From positions 106,141 through 170,140 of the forward strand of contig HF988637.1 of assembly GCA_000434675.1 (NCBI GenBank): a stretch of 64,000 nucleotides of DNA, written 5' to 3'. This stretch comes from Faecalibacterium sp. CAG:1138. Its GTDB lineage: Bacteria > Bacillota > Clostridia > Christensenellales > CAG-917. The position numbers and the translations under genes are program-made. The notes beneath the pieces are model-generated. The model ran no database searches. It saw nothing but the letters and a program-made list of their open reading frames with translations, and had not been told where the DNA came from. Positions 57,653-64,000 of the stretch are shown here, one piece after another (within the stretch, counting starts at the first letter, position 1; every line of letters starts with the position of its first letter).

Positions 57653-58789
57653 TTAACGGAATTTTGCCGCAATCGACTTTACGGCCGACAAAAGCTTGTC
57701 GGCCTCTTTTTCGGTGTTGTCCACGCCTATTCCCACGCGCACGGCGCCCACGTCCAAAGTTTCGTTTGCGTTGTGCACCAGCGGCGCGCAGTGAAGCCCC
57801 GCACGAACGGCAACGTGATATTTTTCGTTCAAAATGTCGCCGACCTCCGTGCTGTCGGCGCCTTTTACGTTGAAGCTTACGACGCCCGTAAAGCAGTCGT
57901 CTGCCGTGTAAAGCGTTACGCCGGGGATTTTTTTGAGGCCGTATATGATTTTTTCCGAAAGCTTTTCGATGTGCTTTCGTGAGGCTTCGGCGTGCTTGAA
58001 GCTCCATTTGGCGCCCTCCAAAAGCCCCGCGATGCCTGCGGCGTTAAGGGTGCCCGCTTCCAAGCTTTCGGGAGGGGACTTTGGCATATAAACGCTGTCG
58101 CTGTCGGTACCCGTTCCGCCTAAAAGAAGCGGTCTGACGTTCAGATTTCGCTTGAAAATCAGAAAGCCCGTTCCTTGCGGGCCGTGAAGGCCTTTGTGCC
58201 CGGGGGCGGCAAGCATGGATATATTCATTTCCTTGACGTTGATTTTCGTCAGCGGCACTGCCTGCGCGCCGTCTGCAAGCAGGGTAACGTTGTGGCCGGC
58301 GCATATTTTCCCGATTGCGGCAAGGTCCGTTGTCATACCCGTTACGTTGCTTTGTGCGGTAACGACGGCAAGGCGGGTGTCGTTTCCAAGCATACGTTCG
58401 AAGTGGGCGGGATTTATTTTTCCGAAGCGGTCGGGATTGAGAACCGATAGGGAGATTACGTTTTCGTCCTTAAGCTTAAAGAGCGGGCGGAGAACGCTGT
58501 TGTGCTCCAGAGCCGTGGTTACGACGTGCGTTTTGGGTATAACCGTTCCGAATATAGCAAGGTTCAGGGCCTCGGTGCAGTTTTTGGTGAAAACCAGTTC
58601 GTAGTCGTCGTCCGCGCCGAGCGCCGACAAAAGATAGGCGCGCGCGTTTTCCACCAGCATACTTGCGCGGATAGCGTCCCTGTGCGCTCCTCGGCCGGGA
58701 TTTGCGCTGTTTTTAAGTTCTTTTACGACGGCTTTTCGGACGGATTTTGGCTTAAAACGCGAAGTGGCCGCATTGTCGAAATAAATCAT
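57653..58789 (-). CDS. Cysteine desulfurase-family class V aminotransferase
   Basis: 'MIYFDNAATS'. PLP-lysine context 'AAPGHKGLHGPQGTGFL'. Confidence 0.88.
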   Translation of the reverse strand: MIYFDNAATSRFKPKSVRKAVVKELKNSANPGRGAHRDAIRASMLVENARAYLLSALGADDDYELVFTKNCTEALNLAIFGTVIPKTHVVTTALEHNSVLRPLFKLKDENVISLSVLNPDRFGKINPAHFERMLGNDTRLAVVTAQSNVTGMTTDLAAIGKICAGHNVTLLADGAQAVPLTKINVKEMNISMLAAPGHKGLHGPQGTGFLIFKRNLNVRPLLLGGTGTDSDSVYMPKSPPESLEAGTLNAAGIAGLLEGAKWSFKHAEASRKHIEKLSEKIIYGLKKIPGVTLYTADDCFTGVVSFNVKGADSTEVGDILNEKYHVAVRAGLHCAPLVHNANETLDVGAVRVGIGVDNTEKEADKLLSAVKSIAAKFR

Positions 58790-58906
58790 ATAACCTCCGT
58801 AACGCAGATTTTGTTTTTACAATATAATATATTAAAAAGCTCGGAGATAAATTCTAAGGCATATTCCGCCGAGACGAGTTTTCTACATAAAAAATCGAGG
58901 TGGGGT

Positions 58907-59167
58907 ATGGTTTATCTTCTGACGGCGTTCCGCTCGAGGGCGCATACTTTGAGATTTTACGATCTTTTGAGGTCCTACAAGGTTAATTGCAGGGTGGTGA
59001 ACACGCCCAAAGAGGCGAAGGTCGGCTGCGGAATTTCGGTGAAATGCGGGCCGGAGGCTTCGGGCTACGTCAATTTGTCTCTCCTGAAAACGGGGTTTCC
59101 GACATTCATCGGAGTTTTCAAGGTAACGGAGGAAGGCGGCAAAAAGAATTTTTTGAAGATTTTCTGA
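58907..59167 (+). CDS. DUF3343-like small protein (putative S/Se carrier partner of the desulfurase)
   Basis: 'LLTAFRSRAHTLRFYDLLRSYKVNCRVVNTPKEAKVGCGISVKC' fits the DUF3343 pattern (..P.P...s.CG.a.). Divergent from the desulfurase. ATG 58907 follows GAGGTGGGG. Confidence 0.55.
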   Translation: MVYLLTAFRSRAHTLRFYDLLRSYKVNCRVVNTPKEAKVGCGISVKCGPEASGYVNLSLLKTGFPTFIGVFKVTEEGGKKNFLKIF

Positions 59168-59394
59168 CAAAAACCAAAGGTCGGATAATGTCGCTTTGGC
59201 GAATAAAAATAATTTTTTTGAATTTATTTGATTTTTTTGTAAAAAATAAAAAAATCACAAAATTTGCTTAAAAATCGCCAAAAATTTCTCAAAATCAAAA
59301 ATAATCTTTTGAAATCAATAATTTTTGCCATTGACAGAAAGTTTATTTTTTGCTATCGTAGAACTCGTAAAAAAAAGGGGGAGAAATTTTTACG

Positions 59395-59736
59395 ATGGCA
59401 CAAAAATCAACTATATCGCAACTTGCAAACACGGCGAAGAACAGAATTCGCCAAGGCTACGGTTTCAGGGGTAACGCGGCTTTGAAAATAGATCCGAAAA
59501 GGATTTACTCGGCAGAGAGAACGACGGTGTTTTCCTCGGACGTCGTGGACTGCTACAGAATTTACGACGCCATTCTGCGCGCCGAAAAGAGCGTCGAAAG
59601 TCCGCTGAAGCTGCTTATCGACTACGACTATTTCGAAAGACTGGGGCAGGAAGAAAAACAACGCTACATTTTCAAATTGTCGGAAGCTTACATAAGCGTA
59701 AAACGGCAACTGGAGGACAAACGCGGCGTAAAATAG
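59395..59736 (+). CDS. Hypothetical protein
   Basis: 113-aa ORF downstream of the promoter-like TTGACA (59331-59336). No motif recognised. Confidence 0.45.
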   Translation: MAQKSTISQLANTAKNRIRQGYGFRGNAALKIDPKRIYSAERTTVFSSDVVDCYRIYDAILRAEKSVESPLKLLIDYDYFERLGQEEKQRYIFKLSEAYISVKRQLEDKRGVK

Positions 59737-59843
59737 AAAAAGATTTAGGGCGACGGGCCAAAATAGGCTCGGTCGCTCGTTTTTTTTGTTGCAGGCATTT
59801 GGAGATTTGGCTATAACGTGCTAAAATATATACGGAGATATTT

Positions 59844-62024
59844 ATGTACGATTTATCTATTGAACTCAACGAACAACAGATACGGGCCGTCGAAGACACC
59901 GACGGTCAGATTTTGGTTATCGCAGGTGCAGGCAGCGGCAAAACCCGCGTGCTTATTTCGAGGATAGCCTATCTCATAAAAAATTGCGGCGTTGATCCGT
60001 ACGAAATTCTGGCCATAACCTTCACTAACAAGGCGGCCAAGGAAATGCTGGAGAGGCTTCACGCCGCGGTGGGCGAGAACGCAAACGTGTGGGCAATGAC
60101 GTTCCACAGCTTTTGCGCGCGCATTCTGCGCCGCGACGCGGACAGGATAGGTTACACGTCTAACTACACGATTTACGACGAAAGCGACAGAGAAAAAACC
60201 ATAAAAAGGGTGTGCGCGGATCTCAAAATCGAGGATCAGAAGCAAAAGGAAAGGATCGTATGCTACATTTCGGACGCAAAATCCTTCGGAATGACTCCGC
60301 CAAAGTTCAGGCTGGAATACGCGCACCTCAAGGACGCCGACCTTGCCGCCACCGTTTACGAGCAGTATCAGGAAAAGCTTTTAGAGTCCAACGCAATGGA
60401 CTTCGACGATTTGCTTTTGAACGCCGTAAACTTGTTTTTGACGTGTCCGGACGTTCTGGAGAGGTATCAGAACCGCTTCCGCTACATAAACGTCGACGAA
60501 TTTCAGGATACGAACGCCACGCAGTATCTTCTCATAAAGCTGCTTGCGGGAAAGCACGGCAACATTTTTGCCGTCGGCGACGAGGATCAGAGCATATACA
60601 GCTGGCGCGGCGCGGAAATAAAGAACATTCTGGACTTCAAAAAGGAGTTTCCGGAAGTCAAAACCTATATGCTGGAGCGCAATTACCGCTCCACTTCGCA
60701 GATTCTTAACGCCGCAAACCGCCTTATCGCAAACAACAAACAGCGCCTTGCCGCCAAAAATCTTTGGACCGACAAGACCGACGGCGAGCAAATTGCCGTT
60801 TGCAGCGCAGGCTCCGACCGCGACGAAGCGGACTACGTCGTCAAACAGATAGACATGCTGCGCCGCACGGGCTATAAATATCGCGACATTGCGGTTTTGT
60901 CCCGCATAAACGCGCTCAGCCGCACCTTCGAAGAAAAATTCAACGCTTACGGCATACCGTACAAGGTTTACGGCGGCTTCAAGTTCTACGAAAGGAAGGA
61001 AGTCAAGGACGTTCTGGCCTATTTCAAGGTCGTAAGCAATCCGAAGGATGAGGAGAGCATACTCCGAATTATCAATTTTCCTAAACGCGGCATCGGCGAC
61101 GGGGCGATAAACGAAATTTCGGCTTTCTGCAAAAGCGAAGGGCTGGACCTTGTGGACGGCATTTTGGGGATAGATTCCGCCACCGTTTCGACGGGAACGA
61201 AGAAAAAGATTTCCGCATTCCGCGACGTTTTGTGCCGACTGATGCAAAACGAACAGACGATGTCCATGACCGACTACGCAAAAAGCGTGCTGGAAGTGTC
61301 GGGGCTTGAAAATTTCTACAAATCGTCCGAAGAGGAGGCCGACAGGCTGGAAAACGTCAACGAGCTTTTGTCGTCCATTGCCTATTTCGCTTCCGACAAC
61401 GAGGGCGCAACTATGTCCGACTTTTTGCAATCGGTTGCGCTGGTGTCCGACACAGACGACATTCTGGACGACGACTTCGTAACGCTGGCCACCGTGCACG
61501 CGGTGAAAGGCTTGGAGTTTGCCGCCGTGTTTATCGTGGGACTGGAGGAGAACATTTTCCCTCTCGAACGATGCGTCGACAAAGGCGAGCTGGAGGAGGA
61601 AAGACGGCTTATGTACGTTGCCGTTACGAGGGCCAGAAAAAAGCTGTTCTGCACTTATGCGGGGCGTCGTTTCAGGTTCAACTCCGTCGTTTACAACAGA
61701 AAAAGCCGTTTCATAGACGAAATGAAGGGCGCGTCGGCGGAAAAACCGCAGATTCCTGCGCGTCCGCAAAATCTTTTCGCACCGCAGCCTAAAACGCAAA
61801 AAGCCACCACGCCGCTTCTGGATCTTGCGGCAAAACCAAAAACCATAAGCACCGATTTTTCCGCGTTCAAGGTGGGAACCAAGGTGAAGCATAAAAAGTT
61901 TGGGGAAGGGGAAATAATTGCAGTGTTCGGCGACGGCATGGATATGGCCGCGCAAATCAAATTTCAGACGGTGGGCGTGAAAAAGCTGCTGCTTCTTATC
62001 GCAAACCTCGAAATCGTGGAGTAA
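59844..62024 (+). CDS. pcrA: ATP-dependent DNA helicase PcrA (UvrD family)
   Basis: Motif I 'AGAGSGKTRVL', motif II 'INVDEFQDTN', 'YRSTSQIL'. Confidence 0.95.
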   Translation: MYDLSIELNEQQIRAVEDTDGQILVIAGAGSGKTRVLISRIAYLIKNCGVDPYEILAITFTNKAAKEMLERLHAAVGENANVWAMTFHSFCARILRRDADRIGYTSNYTIYDESDREKTIKRVCADLKIEDQKQKERIVCYISDAKSFGMTPPKFRLEYAHLKDADLAATVYEQYQEKLLESNAMDFDDLLLNAVNLFLTCPDVLERYQNRFRYINVDEFQDTNATQYLLIKLLAGKHGNIFAVGDEDQSIYSWRGAEIKNILDFKKEFPEVKTYMLERNYRSTSQILNAANRLIANNKQRLAAKNLWTDKTDGEQIAVCSAGSDRDEADYVVKQIDMLRRTGYKYRDIAVLSRINALSRTFEEKFNAYGIPYKVYGGFKFYERKEVKDVLAYFKVVSNPKDEESILRIINFPKRGIGDGAINEISAFCKSEGLDLVDGILGIDSATVSTGTKKKISAFRDVLCRLMQNEQTMSMTDYAKSVLEVSGLENFYKSSEEEADRLENVNELLSSIAYFASDNEGATMSDFLQSVALVSDTDDILDDDFVTLATVHAVKGLEFAAVFIVGLEENIFPLERCVDKGELEEERRLMYVAVTRARKKLFCTYAGRRFRFNSVVYNRKSRFIDEMKGASAEKPQIPARPQNLFAPQPKTQKATTPLLDLAAKPKTISTDFSAFKVGTKVKHKKFGEGEIIAVFGDGMDMAAQIKFQTVGVKKLLLLIANLEIVE

Positions 62025-62027
62025 ATT

Positions 62028-63971
62028 ATGGACAGAATGAAAGAGCTGGTGGAGCTTATGAACCGCTACGCCGAAATGTATTACACCTACGACGCGCCGA
62101 TAATCGCCGACGCCGAGTACGACAAGCTCTACGACGAGCTTAAAGCCCTCGAGGAATTTACGGGGGTGGTTTTGCCGAATTCTCCGACGAGGCGCGTCGG
62201 CGGCGAAACGCTTAAGGAATTTAAGGAATATCGCCACAGCCACAAGCTTTACAGCCTTGACAAGTGCCAGTCGAAAGAGGAATTTGCCCTTTGGGCAAGC
62301 CGCACCGAAAAAACTTTGGGATATATGCCGGAGCTTACCGTGGAATACAAGTTCGACGGCCTTACGGTGAACCTCGTTTACGAAGGCGGCAATCTGATTT
62401 CCGCGGCAACGAGAGGCAACGGACTTGTGGGCGAGGACATCACGGCGCAGGCAAAAACCATCAAAAACGTTCCGCAAACGATAGATTACAAAGGGCACGT
62501 CGAAGTTCAGGGCGAGGGCATAATGCGCTTGTCGGTTTTGGAAAAATACAACAAAAAGTATCCCGACGACAGGCTTAAAAACGCGCGCAACGCCGCGGCG
62601 GGCGCCATCAGAAATCTCGATCCGAAAGTTACCGCCAAACGCAATCTGGACGTCATGTGCTACAACGCCGAAGGCGATCCCGACTTTTCCACGCAGGCCG
62701 AAATGCGTGATTTTATCATAAAAAACGGCTTCGGAACGGTGGATTATTTCAAAACCGTGAAGACCGTGAAAGACGCTTACGCACGGATGGACGAAATCGA
62801 AAAAGCTCGCCCGACGCTGGACTTTTTGATTGACGGAATAGTTTTCAAGGTCAACGACGTTTCGGCAAGAGAAACCTTGGGAGAAACGGAAAAATTTCCG
62901 AGATGGGCCGTTGCCTACAAATTCAAAGCAGAGGAGGCAACCACCGTTATGAAGGACGTGGTGTGGCAGGTTTCGAGAACCGGCAAACTGACTCCGCTTG
63001 CAGTGCTTGAGCCGGTGGACCTTTGCGGCACGACGGTCAGGCGCGCCACCTTGAACAACTACGGCGACATTATGAAAAAGAAAGTCAAAATCGGAAGCCG
63101 CGTTTTCATCAGGCGTTCCAACGACGTAATTCCCGAAATACTGGGAGTGGCGGAGGATTATCCTGATTCGAAACCCGTCGAAAAGCCGAAATTCTGCCCT
63201 GAATGCGGCAGTCCGGTGAGGGAAGAAAACGTGTTTTTGTATTGCACCAACGACGTCAGCTGCGCGCCGCAAATAGTTTCCAAAATCACGCACTTTGCCG
63301 AAAAGGCCGCAATGAACATCGAGGGCCTTTCGGACAGAACCGTGGAGCAGCTTTACAACGATTTGCAGGTCAAGGAGTTTTCCGACCTCTATCGCCTCAC
63401 TTTTGACGAGCTTATGACGCTTGACGGATTCAAGGACAAAAAGGCGCAGAATCTTTTGGATTCAATAGAAAAGAGCAAGGAAACCACTCTCCAAAGATTT
63501 TTGTACGCGCTGGGCATTCCGAACATCGGACAAAAGGCTGCAAAAGAGCTTGCCAAAAAGTTCGGAACGCTTGACGCCGTCAAATCGGCGACTGTGGAAG
63601 ATATTCAACAAATCGACGATTTCGGCGAAATTATGGCCAAATCGGTGGTAAATTACTTTGAAAAACCCGCTAATTCAGAACAGTTGCGGCTTTTGGAAGA
63701 GGCAGGAGTGCGGTTTGTCGATAGCGATAATTCGGCTGACGACAGCGGAAGCTTTGCGGGGCTTAGGGTGGTTCTTACGGGCACGCTTTCAAAGTTTAAG
63801 CGCAGCGAAGCGCAGAAGCTTATAGAGGACAGAGGCGGCGAAGTGCTGTCGGCGATTTCATCCAAGGTCAATCTGGTGGTTGCCGGAGAAGAGGCCGGAA
63901 GCAAACTGCAAAAGGCCTTGAAAGCGGGCATAAAAATCGTGGACGAAGCGGAATTTGAGAGTATGTTATAA
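62028..63971 (+). CDS. ligA: NAD-dependent DNA ligase
   Basis: Adenylation 'VEYKFDGLTV', zinc finger 'CPECGS..', HhH and C-terminal BRCT ('VVLTGTL..'). Confidence 0.96.
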   Translation: MDRMKELVELMNRYAEMYYTYDAPIIADAEYDKLYDELKALEEFTGVVLPNSPTRRVGGETLKEFKEYRHSHKLYSLDKCQSKEEFALWASRTEKTLGYMPELTVEYKFDGLTVNLVYEGGNLISAATRGNGLVGEDITAQAKTIKNVPQTIDYKGHVEVQGEGIMRLSVLEKYNKKYPDDRLKNARNAAAGAIRNLDPKVTAKRNLDVMCYNAEGDPDFSTQAEMRDFIIKNGFGTVDYFKTVKTVKDAYARMDEIEKARPTLDFLIDGIVFKVNDVSARETLGETEKFPRWAVAYKFKAEEATTVMKDVVWQVSRTGKLTPLAVLEPVDLCGTTVRRATLNNYGDIMKKKVKIGSRVFIRRSNDVIPEILGVAEDYPDSKPVEKPKFCPECGSPVREENVFLYCTNDVSCAPQIVSKITHFAEKAAMNIEGLSDRTVEQLYNDLQVKEFSDLYRLTFDELMTLDGFKDKKAQNLLDSIEKSKETTLQRFLYALGIPNIGQKAAKELAKKFGTLDAVKSATVEDIQQIDDFGEIMAKSVVNYFEKPANSEQLRLLEEAGVRFVDSDNSADDSGSFAGLRVVLTGTLSKFKRSEAQKLIEDRGGEVLSAISSKVNLVVAGEEAGSKLQKALKAGIKIVDEAEFESML

Positions 63972-64000
63972 AGGTTCGGGCGAAATTTGTCGCCCGAATT

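Noticed and set aside
60381-63293. 970-aa minus-strand ORF spanning pcrA, the intergenic gap and ligA
   Set aside because: It is exactly antisense to two unambiguous plus-strand genes. The sequence is low-complexity and Arg/Phe/Val-rich, with no motifs and no RBS. It is a typical shadow ORF of GC-rich, codon-biased coding DNA.

Overview
The window has two very different parts. (A) nt 1 to ~22,770 is AT-richer accessory DNA built from juxtaposed mobile and defence modules. (B) nt ~22,800 to 64,000 is a GC-richer, almost entirely plus-strand Firmicutes/Clostridia-type housekeeping block. Its order is dnaG-rpoD-trmK-nif3-COG1579, a lacZ/galT/galK Leloir cluster, lgt-pncB, ylxM-ffh-rpsP-khpA-rimM-trmD-rbgA-rnhB-yraN-rplS, comM-dprA-topA-trmFO-hslVU-hisS-aspS-trxA, an S8 peptidase, a cysteine desulfurase and pcrA-ligA. 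Part A begins with a gene cut by the window edge, followed by a GHKL/MORC-like ATPase. Next comes a compact cobalamin riboswitch driving a DUF4430-like lipoprotein and a frameshifted small membrane protein. Then come an 848-aa protein with RdRP/YonO-like two-barrel RNA-polymerase motifs and a mobilisable-transposon backbone: possible oriT, an uncalled MobC ORF, a relaxase with a nested out-of-frame ORF, TnpV and a large serine recombinase. After that lie an IS21 transposase remnant, a frameshifted tyrosine recombinase, a SLOG/DUF1273-like gene and a Type I R-M operon. The most interesting signals are three. (1) Two ~150-bp promoter cassettes (12.79-13.00 kb and 13.54-13.74 kb) are each bracketed by palindromic sites. 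The central 5 bp of those sites are reverse complements within a pair but unrelated between pairs. This fits two orthogonal invertible promoters gating the SLOG gene and hsdM-hsdS-orfA-orfB-hsdR. (2) Two uncharacterised membrane proteins are translationally coupled between hsdS and hsdR, the slot PrrC occupies in the E. coli prr locus, and an Rx4H (HEPN-like) gene follows hsdR. (3) The YonO-like polymerase and a B12-riboswitch cargo sit on the mobile element. I saw no rRNA, tRNA or CRISPR array. All homology calls rest on motifs read by eye and need database or structure confirmation.
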